In this document: positions 40,741 to 50,660 of the stretch, piece after piece | Numbering within the stretch: position 1 is the first letter of the stretch | Layout of the letters: every line of letters starts with the position of its first letter | Assembly (NCBI GenBank): GCA_021801565.1 | Contig: JAJYXV010000015.1 | Coordinates: 23,839-87,838, forward strand | Source of the DNA: a bacterium | GTDB lineage: Bacteria > Patescibacteriota > Minisyncoccia > UBA6257 > GWB1-50-10 | Direction of reading: 5' to 3' | DNA length: 64,000 bases | Translations under genes and position numbers: made by a program | The notes under the pieces: generated by a model | Databases searched by the model: none | Told to the model about the DNA's origin: nothing | What the model saw: the letters and a program-made list of their open reading frames with translations, nothing else

Positions 40741-41070
40741 ATGAAAAAATATTTTTACGCCATTATCGCTCTTGTATTTCCCTTTTTTGTTCATGCACAA
40801 ACACGACAACCAAAAACAAGTATTACAACGCCGGAAAAGGTAATTGAACTTATCAATAAGTTTGGTGGATGGTTTTATAGTGCACTCTTAGCACTTGCGG
40901 TCATCTTCATTATTTATGCCGCATTTAGATTTTTGACTGCTAGTGGAGATGAAAAAAAAGTAGAAGAGGCAAAACAACAATTAATCTACGCCATTATCGC
41001 TCTTGCGGTTGCAATGCTTGCGACGGGGATTGTTACAGTGATGAAACAATTTCTTGGTGTAACCAATTAA
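40741..41070 (+). CDS. TrbC/VirB2-like pilin
   Basis: IYAAFRFLTASGDEKKVEEAKQQLIYAIIA. Confidence 0.85.
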   Translation: MKKYFYAIIALVFPFFVHAQTRQPKTSITTPEKVIELINKFGGWFYSALLALAVIFIIYAAFRFLTASGDEKKVEEAKQQLIYAIIALAVAMLATGIVTVMKQFLGVTN

Positions 41071-41085
41071 CACTTGAGATATATA

Positions 41086-41125
41086 AAAACAAAAATCTCC
41101 GCAGAAAACGGAGATTTTTGTTTTT
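41086..41125 (+). terminator. Terminator after the pilin array
   Basis: aaaacaaaaatctccg-cagaaaa-cggagatttttgtttt. Confidence 0.75.
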
Positions 41126-41296
41126 ATAAAATACCCATGTTATTATCACAAAATAAGATTGCCGAGGTGGTCTCGCCGCCGTTCGGGCGGGATAAACTCT
41201 GTTGGCTAATCATGCCCTCGTGGCGGAACTGATATACCCCGCTCGAAACACTTCGTGTTCATACAGGACAAGCGCGCAAAATTTAAAACTAAAAAA

Positions 41297-41383
41297 GCTG
41301 AGGTGGCGAAATTGGCAGACGCGCAAGGCTTAGGACCTTGTGAGGGCAACCTCTTGGGAGTTCAAGTCTCCCCCTCAGCACCA
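41297..41383 (+). tRNA. tRNA-Leu(TAG)
   Basis: GCTGAGG/CCTCAGC acceptor stem, CAAGG-CTTAGGA-CCTTG, long variable arm, encoded CCA. Confidence 0.95.
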
Positions 41384-41539
41384 AACAACAAAGTTCATGG
41401 TTCAAAATTTACTCCACATACGAAGGTTGTGCGGGGCCTCTCGAGCCTGCCCGCCGGTGGGTGGGGGCACTATGAAATTCCATCTTTGGTGAAATTCTTT
41501 CTCTAATCCCCACACCCTAACCCCTAATTATCTAACCAT

Positions 41540-42430
41540 CTATTTCTTCTTCCTTCTTATCCCGTGAAATGCTTCATGTACCTCTCGAAGCTCTTTATTT
41601 GTGAGGTGTGTGTAGATTTGTGTTGTTGAAACATTCGCGTGACCTAAAAGTGACTGCACCGAACGAAGATCTGCACCATTAATAAGAAGGTCTGTTGCAA
41701 AACTATGACGTAATTGATGCGGGTGTACTTTCTTCGGAATCCCTGCCGCACGCGCATATCGATCAATAAGGCGCTCCACCGAGCGTGGGGTTATTCTTCC
41801 CAGCGTCTTTCCGGATTTACTTAAACCTACAAATAAAAATTCTTCTGGATCTGTTCTCTTTTTTAAATATTCTTTAATCGCTTTTTTTGCTCCATCAGAA
41901 AGAAATACGATGCGTAACTTGTCCCCCTTTCCTCGCACAGAAATTTCTCCTCGTTCAAGATCAATATACCGCGGGAGGGTGCACAATTCGGAAAGACGAA
42001 GTCCGGTTGAAAAAAACGTTTCAAGTATTGCGCGATCACGAACCGAACGGAGATCGTCTCCTTTTGGAGATTTCAGTAGTCGCTCGAGCTCTCCATAATC
42101 AAGCACTTCAATATCGCGTCGTGAAACTCTTGGAAGTTCGATTGCATCGGGAGAGAGAATATTATATCCGCGTTTTATCAGATATTTCAAAAAATTCCTG
42201 ATTGCAATCACATAATAACTCTGTGTATTCCTTTTTATGTTCTTGCGCGCAAGCATTACACGAAACGATCTCACACGCTCTTCTGTAATATCTTTAATTG
42301 AGTTGGTTTTTGTGTAATCAAAAAATAATTTGAGATATCGTTCATAGTTTTCCCTCGTTTTTGACGAACGATTTTTTTCTATTTCCAAATAATCTAAATA
42401 TTCCCGAAAGTGGCGCTCTATATCATTCAT
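41540..42430 (-). CDS. Tyrosine recombinase, XerC/XerD-like
   Basis: TGLRLSEL, GKGDKLR, HPHQLRHSFAT, LLGHANVSTTQIY. Confidence 0.92.
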   Translation of the reverse strand: MNDIERHFREYLDYLEIEKNRSSKTRENYERYLKLFFDYTKTNSIKDITEERVRSFRVMLARKNIKRNTQSYYVIAIRNFLKYLIKRGYNILSPDAIELPRVSRRDIEVLDYGELERLLKSPKGDDLRSVRDRAILETFFSTGLRLSELCTLPRYIDLERGEISVRGKGDKLRIVFLSDGAKKAIKEYLKKRTDPEEFLFVGLSKSGKTLGRITPRSVERLIDRYARAAGIPKKVHPHQLRHSFATDLLINGADLRSVQSLLGHANVSTTQIYTHLTNKELREVHEAFHGIRRKKK

Positions 42431-42540
42431 ACCCCTTTTTACCAACATATTGTATCACTCCTGTCGCAAAATATTAACTTCATATATAAATATTTACATG
42501 GAATTGACCACTCTCCTTTTTTGCGGTACAATCCGTTTGT

Positions 42541-42807
42541 ATGCTTTCAAAACAAAAAAAACAGGCAGCGACACGGGATTATAGGCGCCATGAAAAAGAT
42601 ACTGGATCTGCAGAATACCAAGTCGCTCTCTTAACCCGCCAAATAAAGGCGCTCACTGACCACTTGAAAAAGCATTCGAAAGATCACCACTCTCGGAGAG
42701 GATTGCTTATGATGGTGGGAAAGCGAAGGAGATTTCTCCAATTTCTCCAGAAGAGCGACGAGAAAAAGTATAATAGTCTCGTCAAAAAATTAAAACTTGA
42801 GGCTTAA
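42541..42807 (+). CDS. rpsO: 30S ribosomal protein S15
   Basis: DTGSAEYQVALLT, HSKDHHSRRGL. Confidence 0.97.
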   Translation: MLSKQKKQAATRDYRRHEKDTGSAEYQVALLTRQIKALTDHLKKHSKDHHSRRGLLMMVGKRRRFLQFLQKSDEKKYNSLVKKLKLEA

Positions 42808-42881
42808 TTTTTCTTTTTGGAGATATTTCCTCTGCGCAATCTTTAAACATGCGCTTCCTGTAAAAGTACAACGCGAACGAT

Positions 42882-43427
42882 ATGCATCAAAACCAACGAA
42901 TCGGAATTTTTGTTGATGTACAGAACATCTACCACTCGGCGAAGAATCTTTATCACGCTCGGGTAAATTTTGAACAACTCATAAAAACCATTGCTGACGA
43001 TCGTATAATTATCCGATCGGTTGCATATGTAGTAAAAAGCGAAGGAGTCCAAGGATATGAGGGAGAATCTCGTGAAGAGCCGTTTTTTGAAGCACTGAAA
43101 AAATCAGGGCTTGAACTTCGTATGAAGGATTTACAAATTTACCATGGGGGGGCAAAAAAAGCCGATTGGGATGTTGGAATGGCGGTTGATGCAATACGAA
43201 TGGCAAACTCGCTTGATGTTGTAATATTGGTAACCGGAGACGGTGATTTTATCCCTCTTGTTGAATATCTAAAATGGGGAACCGGAAAACAAGTTGAGAT
43301 TGCAGCGTTTTCGCGAACCACATCAGGAAAATTAAAAGAAGTGGCCGATCGTTTTATCGAACTTGAATCAATACCAAAAATACTTTTGAAAATAAGGAAG
43401 TCGCAAACAAAAAAATATAATAAATAA
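42882..43427 (+). CDS. NYN domain (LabA-like) protein
   Basis: FVDVQN, KADWDVGMAVD, TGDGDF. Confidence 0.9.
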   Translation: MHQNQRIGIFVDVQNIYHSAKNLYHARVNFEQLIKTIADDRIIIRSVAYVVKSEGVQGYEGESREEPFFEALKKSGLELRMKDLQIYHGGAKKADWDVGMAVDAIRMANSLDVVILVTGDGDFIPLVEYLKWGTGKQVEIAAFSRTTSGKLKEVADRFIELESIPKILLKIRKSQTKKYNK

Positions 43428-43432
43428 AACAT

Positions 43433-45487
43433 ATGGAATTACATAAAAAAACGTTTACCACTGAACTAAATAAGGAGCCTATTACTATTGAGGTATCAGA
43501 TCTTGCTGGACAAGCAAATGCAGCGGTGATTGGGCGGCATGGAAATACAGCGGTGCTCGCAACTGTTGTAATGAGCAAGGAAGATCGAATGGGGGATTTT
43601 TTTCCTCTTACTGTCGACTATGAGGAGCGTTTTTATGCGGCGGGAAAAATTATAGGAAGTAGATTTGTCCGAAGAGAGGGAAGGGCGTCCGATGAAGCAA
43701 TCCTTTCTAGTCGTCTTATCGACAGAACTGTGCGCCCGCTTTTTGATGCGCGATTAAGGCGAGAGGTACAAATTGTAGTTACAGTCCTTTCATACGATGA
43801 AAAAAATGATCCAGATGTGATTGGACTTCTCTCGGCGTCAACCGCGCTTGCAATTTCCGATATCCCATGGAACGGACCAATTGCGGGGGTTCAAATAGTA
43901 AAGAAGAATGACAAAGGAGAAGAATACCGATCATTTTTTGCGGGACCAGAAGCATATGTAAATATGATTGAGTTTGAAGGAAAAGAAATACAAGAAAGCG
44001 CTGCTCTTGAAGCGTTTTCCACCGCACATGAAAAAATAAAACAACTTATTACATTTCAAAAAAAGATAGTGAGTGAAATTGGAAAGAAAAAAGCCGATGT
44101 TATGCTTAAAAAACCAGATGAGGAAATTGAGGGATTGGTTAAAAAATTTATTGAAGGAAAAATTGGTCCAGCACTTTGTAACAAAACATTTAGCGAGCTT
44201 AAAAATGACTTATTCAAACATCTCGCTTCACTTGAAAAAACCGGCGATACATTAAAAGATGTAGAACAAATACTTGAAACGGAAACCGACAAATTTGTAC
44301 ATGAAGAAATATTAAAACACGATCGCCGCGTTGACGGGAGAAAACTTAACGAAATCCGTCCACTTTATGGAGAAGTGGGACTTTTGGAACTTACCCATGG
44401 GTCTGGGCTTTTTGTTCGCGGACAAACACAAGTACTTGCGGTAACCACACTTGCTTCTTCGTCTGCCGAGCAATTGGTTGAAACAATGGAATCAACAACT
44501 AAAAAGAGTTTTATGCTCCACTATAATTTTCCGAGTTTTTCAACAGGAGAAGTTGGAAGATCATCGCGCGGGCCAGGGAGGAGAGAAATTGGACATGGAG
44601 CACTTGCAGCAAAAGCACTTCGCGCGCTTATTCCCACAAAAGAAGAATTTCCGTATACAATTCGCATTGTTGCTGAAACACTTTCGTCAAACGGATCATC
44701 ATCTATGGCATCAACATGTGCCGGATGTCTTTCTCTTATGGATGCGGGTGTGCCTATTAAAAAACATATCGGGGGTGTTGCGATGGGGCTTATGACAAGT
44801 GAAGATGGAAAAGAATATAAAATTTTAACCGACATACAAGGACCAGAAGATCATTATGGGGATATGGATTTCAAGGTTGCGGGAACAAAAGATGGAATTA
44901 CCGCAATTCAAATGGATGTAAAAATTAATGGAATTACCGCAGAAATATTCGAGCGTGCACTCACCCAAGCAAAAGAGGGACGGCTTTCTATTATTGGGGT
45001 AATGGAAAAAGTGATCCCCGCGGCAAGACAAAATGTTTCAAAATATGCACCAAAGATTATGTCGCTTATGATTCCGCAAGATCGCATCGGAGAACTTATT
45101 GGGCCTGGGGGGAAAAATATAAATGGAATTGTTGCCGCAAGTGAAAATAAAATCACTGTTGATATCGAAGAAACCGGGAAGGTATATGTCGCGGGGGTAG
45201 ATATTACACTTGTAGAACGCGCCTATAACACTATTAAGGCGTCAATGAGGGAGTTCTCGATTGGGGAAATCGTTACTGGTCCCATTGTTCGAATTCTTGA
45301 ATTCGGAGCGATTGTTGATCTTGGGGGTGGACAAGATGGAATGATACATGTTTCGGAACTAAAAGAGGGATTTGTGAAAAAAGTGGAAGATGTGGTCCAT
45401 ATAGGAGACGTGGTAAAAGCAAAAATAATAAAAATAAACGAAGGAAAAATCGGACTTTCATTGAAGGGATTGGGAGATAAAAAATAA
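43433..45487 (+). CDS. pnp: Polyribonucleotide nucleotidyltransferase
   Basis: FFPLTVDY, RREIGHG, SNGSSSMAS, GDMDFKVAG, KH and S1 domains. Confidence 0.97.
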   Translation: MELHKKTFTTELNKEPITIEVSDLAGQANAAVIGRHGNTAVLATVVMSKEDRMGDFFPLTVDYEERFYAAGKIIGSRFVRREGRASDEAILSSRLIDRTVRPLFDARLRREVQIVVTVLSYDEKNDPDVIGLLSASTALAISDIPWNGPIAGVQIVKKNDKGEEYRSFFAGPEAYVNMIEFEGKEIQESAALEAFSTAHEKIKQLITFQKKIVSEIGKKKADVMLKKPDEEIEGLVKKFIEGKIGPALCNKTFSELKNDLFKHLASLEKTGDTLKDVEQILETETDKFVHEEILKHDRRVDGRKLNEIRPLYGEVGLLELTHGSGLFVRGQTQVLAVTTLASSSAEQLVETMESTTKKSFMLHYNFPSFSTGEVGRSSRGPGRREIGHGALAAKALRALIPTKEEFPYTIRIVAETLSSNGSSSMASTCAGCLSLMDAGVPIKKHIGGVAMGLMTSEDGKEYKILTDIQGPEDHYGDMDFKVAGTKDGITAIQMDVKINGITAEIFERALTQAKEGRLSIIGVMEKVIPAARQNVSKYAPKIMSLMIPQDRIGELIGPGGKNINGIVAASENKITVDIEETGKVYVAGVDITLVERAYNTIKASMREFSIGEIVTGPIVRILEFGAIVDLGGGQDGMIHVSELKEGFVKKVEDVVHIGDVVKAKIIKINEGKIGLSLKGLGDKK

Positions 45488-45624
45488 GAGTTTCTTCAAG
45501 GTAAAAAACTTAAAAAGTAATAAAAGATTAATAACAAAAACCATCCGCCAGCTGGCGGATGGTTTTTGTGTTTTTATTGCCAAACCGGGTTTTCTATATC
45601 CCGCGCTATGATATAATAGATGCA

Positions 45625-46782
45625 ATGGACGAAAAAAATAATTTTGGCCAACAACAATGGCAGGTGTCCCAAAATCAAAACACGGACACCACAAGGTCGC
45701 AGTTTTTGGGAACCGGAGAAGGGGAAGTTCCTCTTGCGAAGATGCCATCAGATAAAATTGATGTTCGAACGATGGCTTCCGATGTTACGTCGATGCAAGA
45801 AACGGGAGGAGGAATGCCCAGGCCCTACACTCCGCAAACCCAAACTACAGCACCAAAAGAAACCACCGCGCGCCCCACACCAATATCGCCGTCTCAATCT
45901 CCAATTAATTTTGTTGATCAGATGGTGGGAGGAATAGGACAAGCCGGACAACAAACATCAACCACTCCACAACCAAAAAAAACAGGGGGTGGCCGAAGTC
46001 TCTTTGGAACGCTTCTTATCGTTATTATCGTCGTTGGACTTATTGTAATTGGATATTTCTTTGTGTATCCACAATTTATAAATACCGGAACGGAAAAAGA
46101 CCAGGGGGTCGCGACCACAACACCGCCAACGCTACCAGAAGAAACAGCAAATGTTCCGCCGATACCAGCACCTGAAACAGCAACAACATCACCAGTGGTT
46201 CCACCAACGGCGCCAGTTTCTACTGTTGAGGTACATGCTTCATTTTTCAAAACAAAAGCAGATCTCGTAGTTGATGCAAAACTTTCAGCATTTACACTTG
46301 AAGACCTAAAAAAGCCGATTGCTTTTGAAACGACGTCGGTGCCACTTTTCAAAGAAATAGTGTGGAAAACACAAGAAAACAAACCGCTTTCATTTTCGCA
46401 AATTGCTTCTCTTATTTTTCCCAATTTCTTCACCACGGAGAAAGTTGCAAATTTTGAAGATGATTTTACGTTATTCGCATATTCAAACACAAAAGGAACG
46501 TGGCTTGGATTTGTTGTAAAGTTAAAAGACGGGGTTGATATCGGAGCTATACAAAATAGTATGAGTACACTCCAAAAAGATATCGGCCTCAAAAATCTTT
46601 TTCTTTCCGACCCGGGAACAATGAATCCATGGAAAGACGGGAAAGTAAGAAATAAACCAACATCTCTCGCGCCATTTTCTCTGCAAGGAGCAACAATTAG
46701 CTACACATGGTTTGATCGATACCTTCTGGTAAGTTCAAATCTCGAAGCAGCAGAAGAAGCGGGAAAAAGACTCGGATATTAA
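45625..46782 (+). CDS. Hypothetical single-TM protein with Pro/Thr-rich linkers
   Basis: Long ORF with a central TM and an extracellular domain. Confidence 0.7.
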   Translation: MDEKNNFGQQQWQVSQNQNTDTTRSQFLGTGEGEVPLAKMPSDKIDVRTMASDVTSMQETGGGMPRPYTPQTQTTAPKETTARPTPISPSQSPINFVDQMVGGIGQAGQQTSTTPQPKKTGGGRSLFGTLLIVIIVVGLIVIGYFFVYPQFINTGTEKDQGVATTTPPTLPEETANVPPIPAPETATTSPVVPPTAPVSTVEVHASFFKTKADLVVDAKLSAFTLEDLKKPIAFETTSVPLFKEIVWKTQENKPLSFSQIASLIFPNFFTTEKVANFEDDFTLFAYSNTKGTWLGFVVKLKDGVDIGAIQNSMSTLQKDIGLKNLFLSDPGTMNPWKDGKVRNKPTSLAPFSLQGATISYTWFDRYLLVSSNLEAAEEAGKRLGY

Positions 46783-46791
46783 TTTCTTTAT

Positions 46792-47139
46792 ATGAATTTC
46801 TCTGAAACACAACTAGAACATTTTGCCACCCTCCTTCACGAAGAAAAAGACAAGGTGGATGAAGAATTATCTCAAGTGAAGGCGAGTTCGTCTGATTTTG
46901 GAAATGATATCGACGGATTTGATGAGGAGGCTGATGAATTTGAAGAAATTGGAAACACGCTCTCGGTAAAAGAAGCGCTTCAAGAAAGAAGAAATAGAAT
47001 AGAAAAAGCGCTTCAAAAAATAAAAGAGAGAAAATATGGAGTGTGTGAATCATGCGGAAAACAAATTGAGGAAAAATTACTTCTTATTGATCCAGAATCT
47101 GAGCTTTGCAAAGAATGTAAAATAAGCGGAAAGATATAA
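46792..47139 (+). CDS. TraR/DksA C4-type zinc finger protein
   Basis: Coiled coil plus YGVCESCG...LCKEC. Confidence 0.88.
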   Translation: MNFSETQLEHFATLLHEEKDKVDEELSQVKASSSDFGNDIDGFDEEADEFEEIGNTLSVKEALQERRNRIEKALQKIKERKYGVCESCGKQIEEKLLLIDPESELCKECKISGKI

Positions 47140-47147
47140 CAAACTCC

Positions 47148-48683
47148 ATGCGTGCAGTTCCTAAAATTCTCTCAGCAGAGCTTGATGGAATCACCGCTGA
47201 ATGTATTGAGGTGGAGGCTGATATTAATAGTGGCCTCCACTCTTTTTCTATTGTTGGACTTGCTGACAAAGCTGTGAGCGAAGCAAAGGAACGAGTAAAC
47301 TCCGCATTAAAAAATTCCGGTATACGCCCACCAACAAAAGAAAACAGAAGAATTACTATTAATTTAGCCCCAGCAGACATAAAAAAAGCTGGTTCACGTT
47401 TTGATCTTCCTATCGCACTCGCATACCTTCTCGCAAGTGAACAAATAAAAACTTTTGACACAAAAGACAAAATTTTTGTCGGAGAACTTTCTCTTGATGG
47501 ATCTTTAAGACCAATCAGCGGATGTTTAAATATTGCCAAGCTCGCAAAAAAAATGGGGGTGCAATATCTTTTTGTGCCTCATGAAAACAGGAATGAAGCA
47601 ACAATGATTGATGGGATTACTGTGTTCGGAATAAGAAGTTTACACGATCTTATTTGCCACCTTGAAAAAACAAATTTGCTTATTCCTGAAGAAAAAAATG
47701 ATATTGTCCCGATACGCCCACCAACTTCGGTTTCTCTTTCGGAAGTAAAAGGACAGGAATCGGCAAAACGTGCACTCACCATTGCGGCGGCTGGAGGACA
47801 TAACATTCTCATGTCGGGGCCGCCGGGAACAGGAAAGACAATGCTTGCTCAAGCACTTGCATCAATACTCCCGTACCCCTCACTTGATGAAATGATTGAA
47901 ATCACTGAAATATACAGTGCGGCGGGTCTCACTGCGCATGATCAGGTTATACAATGGAGACCGTTTCGCTCACCACATCATACCGCATCGCTCGTTTCAA
48001 TAATTGGTGGGGGAACAATCCCAAAGCCAGGAGAAGTGAGTCTTGCCCACCGCGGCGTTCTTTTTTTAGATGAAATGCCAGAATTTCACCAAGACACACT
48101 TGAGGGATTGAGACAACCACTTGAAAATGGATATATACATATTGCGCGCGCAAAAAAAGCCCTTGTGTTTCCTGCACGATTTATGTTGGTTGCCGCAATG
48201 AACCCGTGCCCATGTGGATATTTCGGAGATACCGCAAAAGAGTGTAAATGCACCGCGCATGAAATACTTCGGTATCAAAGAAAAATATCAGGACCGCTTC
48301 TTGATCGAATAGATTTACAACTTGAGGTTCCACGAATACCAATTGAAGAACTGAGGAAAAAGGAAGGAAATAAACAAGAAGAGGAGCGGATAAGAAAAAG
48401 TGTTTCTGACGCGCGGGAAACACAAAAAAAACGCGCAACCCAAGCCCATCTTTCTCTTCATACAAATTCAGAATTCTCATCAAAACAAGTGGATGAGCTT
48501 TTCTTGCTTGATCCTTCTGCTGAAACTTTTTTGAAAAATATTGTCGAACATTCATTTATTTCCCCTCGTGGATATTATCGAATTTTAAAGGTTGCACGAA
48601 CCATTGCCGATATTGAGGCCTCTTCTCAAATAAAAAAAGAGCACCTCGCTGAGGCATTCCAGTACAGAATAAAAGAAGGATGA
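47148..48683 (+). CDS. comM: YifB/ComM family Mg-chelatase-like AAA ATPase
   Basis: [45 protein letters not shown]. Confidence 0.92.
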   Translation: MRAVPKILSAELDGITAECIEVEADINSGLHSFSIVGLADKAVSEAKERVNSALKNSGIRPPTKENRRITINLAPADIKKAGSRFDLPIALAYLLASEQIKTFDTKDKIFVGELSLDGSLRPISGCLNIAKLAKKMGVQYLFVPHENRNEATMIDGITVFGIRSLHDLICHLEKTNLLIPEEKNDIVPIRPPTSVSLSEVKGQESAKRALTIAAAGGHNILMSGPPGTGKTMLAQALASILPYPSLDEMIEITEIYSAAGLTAHDQVIQWRPFRSPHHTASLVSIIGGGTIPKPGEVSLAHRGVLFLDEMPEFHQDTLEGLRQPLENGYIHIARAKKALVFPARFMLVAAMNPCPCGYFGDTAKECKCTAHEILRYQRKISGPLLDRIDLQLEVPRIPIEELRKKEGNKQEEERIRKSVSDARETQKKRATQAHLSLHTNSEFSSKQVDELFLLDPSAETFLKNIVEHSFISPRGYYRILKVARTIADIEASSQIKKEHLAEAFQYRIKEG

Positions 48684-48747
48684 AAATAGGCGGCTAGACG
48701 GTTAGTAAATTAGATAACCAGAAAAACAAAACAAGAGAGAAAATAAC

Positions 48748-48891
48748 ATGAATTCATATAAAGAACTGGTAGTTTGGAAAAAATCCATAGAACTCGCAAA
48801 AGAAAAATATAAAAAATCGGAAGAATTGCTTTCCGAAATTATGAAGATGTTAAACAAACTCATCTCTGTTGTAAAAAATCAAACACCCTAA
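48748..48891 (+). pseudogene. Internally deleted four-helix-bundle gene (47 aa)
   Basis: MNSYKELVVWKKSIELAKE fused to KYKKSEELLSEIMKMLNKLI; flanked by inverted repeat tracts. Confidence 0.7.
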
Positions 48892-48912
48892 CAATCTAAC
48901 CGCCTAATATCG

Positions 48913-50082
48913 CTACTTGAGTGCAAAAGGATTTTTTGCTCCCAACACTTCAAAATGAAGATGACATCCGGTTGTTCCTTGTGTATTTCCAGAACTTCCT
49001 ATAAACGCTATGTTTTCTCCCTGAGAAACAACATCTCCAACTTTTACAACGTTTTTTAATGTGTGGGCATAGCGTGTTTGTGTTTTATTTGGATGTTCTA
49101 TAAGAACGTAATTTCCATATCCACCATTCCACGATCCATCAGAAGATTCCTCAATTACCACTCCGTCCGCCGCGGCATAAATATTACTCCCGCATGTGTT
49201 TGCAATATCGACGGCATTATAATCATGTAATATTCCCCAATTCCACCCCTTCGCAGGAAGAACAAAATAACCGGCGAGGTCCGCCAAATTTTCTTTTTTC
49301 ATTTCTTTTTGCACTATTGACGTGGGAGTTTCTTTTGCGTTCGGAAGAATAAGTGTTACCCCCGATGTCTCAAGAAGTTTTGTATATTCAGGGTTGTATT
49401 TTTTTATTATTTCAGGACTTATTCCAAAACGATCAGCAATACCCTGTAATGTATCCCCTGGTTGCGTAGTATAAAGCGCGCCTGATGTAGGAAGAATAGT
49501 AAGTATTTGTCCTGTTTTTATCTTTTTTATACCCGCATTCGACGCATAAAGTGTTTCGAGTGTAATTCCAAACTGAGCCGCAATACTTGAAAATGTATCT
49601 CCTTTCTTTATTTTATATTTTTTGATTCCATCCCTCACTGGAAGGTCATTAATAAGAGACGGAGACGCGCCAAAAAGAGAGCTTTCGTCACCAGAAGTAA
49701 AAACCCTCCTACTATCATGCCCATCTTCAATGTAATAAGATGCTTGCGCGACAGAAATCGTGCCTAATTCACTCTCAAGTGATTCTGACGGACCTCCAAT
49801 TCCCCATGTGTCATATTTTTTATAAGCAGAAAAAAGAGTGCCATCACCCAAAAATATGGCACCAGAACATCCAATAATAATAAGGAAAAACAACGACCAC
49901 GCAGTAGTCGTACTTGAAAAACCCCTTAATAAAGGCTTTATGTGTGTAATAAACGTACTTATACATATACTATACCAAAAATACACATAAAAGGGAATGG
50001 CGCGGCTAGAAAAATAGACGGGCGGACTTATCAACAGGGAGCATAACATCATGCTACCGATCGACTTATAAATGTTATACAC
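48913..50082 (-). CDS. LysM plus M23 family peptidase (true start probably downstream of the ORF start)
   Basis: Two LysM repeats (KKGDTFSSIA, PGDTLQGIA), H...AVDIA, YGNY, YAH, HLHFEV. Confidence 0.9.
   Translation of the reverse strand: MYNIYKSIGSMMLCSLLISPPVYFSSRAIPFYVYFWYSICISTFITHIKPLLRGFSSTTTAWSLFFLIIIGCSGAIFLGDGTLFSAYKKYDTWGIGGPSESLESELGTISVAQASYYIEDGHDSRRVFTSGDESSLFGASPSLINDLPVRDGIKKYKIKKGDTFSSIAAQFGITLETLYASNAGIKKIKTGQILTILPTSGALYTTQPGDTLQGIADRFGISPEIIKKYNPEYTKLLETSGVTLILPNAKETPTSIVQKEMKKENLADLAGYFVLPAKGWNWGILHDYNAVDIANTCGSNIYAAADGVVIEESSDGSWNGGYGNYVLIEHPNKTQTRYAHTLKNVVKVGDVVSQGENIAFIGSSGNTQGTTGCHLHFEVLGAKNPFALK
50042..50079. repeat. 38-bp tripartite motif, copy 4 (upstream of the PaaX-like gene)
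   Basis: CATAACAT catgctac CGATCG acttataa ATGTTATA. Confidence 0.85.
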
Positions 50083-50090
50083 TATATATT

Positions 50091-50660
50091 ATGAAAGAGA
50101 AGATTCGAGTTGGGTCATTTTCTCTCGCGGTATTACGAACCCTTTCTGAAACTACAAACGGGATTTTATTTGGACAACTTACTAGAGATAAAAGGGGTAG
50201 GAGCGACAACACGCGTGGATCAATGCGTTCTTCAAAAGATGGTGGGAAACATCACAATGCTCTCAAAGACGCTTCTGAAAAAAACCTGCGAGTAACGCTC
50301 TGGCGGCTTGAACAAAAGGGGTTGGTTGAAAAAAAAGAAAATAAATATTTTCTTTCTCTGCTTGGGAAAAAGTTTTTTACAAACCAAGAACAACCGAAAC
50401 AATGGGATGGAAGGTGGCGACTTATTACATTTGATATTCCCGAAACAAAACGAGGGTCGCGTATCTGGCTCCGTACAAATCTCATTCATGAAGGATATGA
50501 CACAGTACAAAAGAGTGTGTTTCTTGGAAAAAATCCGATTCCACACCGCATGATTGAAGAGATGAAAGAACGAGACATATTATCGTGTGTGCGACTCATG
50601 GTAATCGGGGAAATAGATGACGATTCATTGCTCTCCGAATATGAAAAACGACACAAATAA
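50091..50660 (+). CDS. PaaX-like winged-HTH plus Cas2-like domain protein
   Basis: LRVTLWRLEQKGLV wHTH, WDGRWRLITFDIPE..R..R..LR..L...GY..VQKSVF. Confidence 0.82.
   Translation: MKEKIRVGSFSLAVLRTLSETTNGILFGQLTRDKRGRSDNTRGSMRSSKDGGKHHNALKDASEKNLRVTLWRLEQKGLVEKKENKYFLSLLGKKFFTNQEQPKQWDGRWRLITFDIPETKRGSRIWLRTNLIHEGYDTVQKSVFLGKNPIPHRMIEEMKERDILSCVRLMVIGEIDDDSLLSEYEKRHK

Noticed and set aside
41255-41506. 83-aa ORF
   Set aside because: It overlaps the tRNA-Leu gene entirely.
41540-42430. Prophage or ICE integrase at tRNA-Leu
   Set aside because: It looks like a housekeeping Xer-type recombinase next to rpsO; no duplicated tRNA 3' end or phage genes were seen.
50091-50660. CRISPR-Cas locus based on the Cas2-like domain
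   Set aside because: No repeat-spacer array, cas1 or effector genes in the window; the protein has a PaaX-like wHTH architecture.
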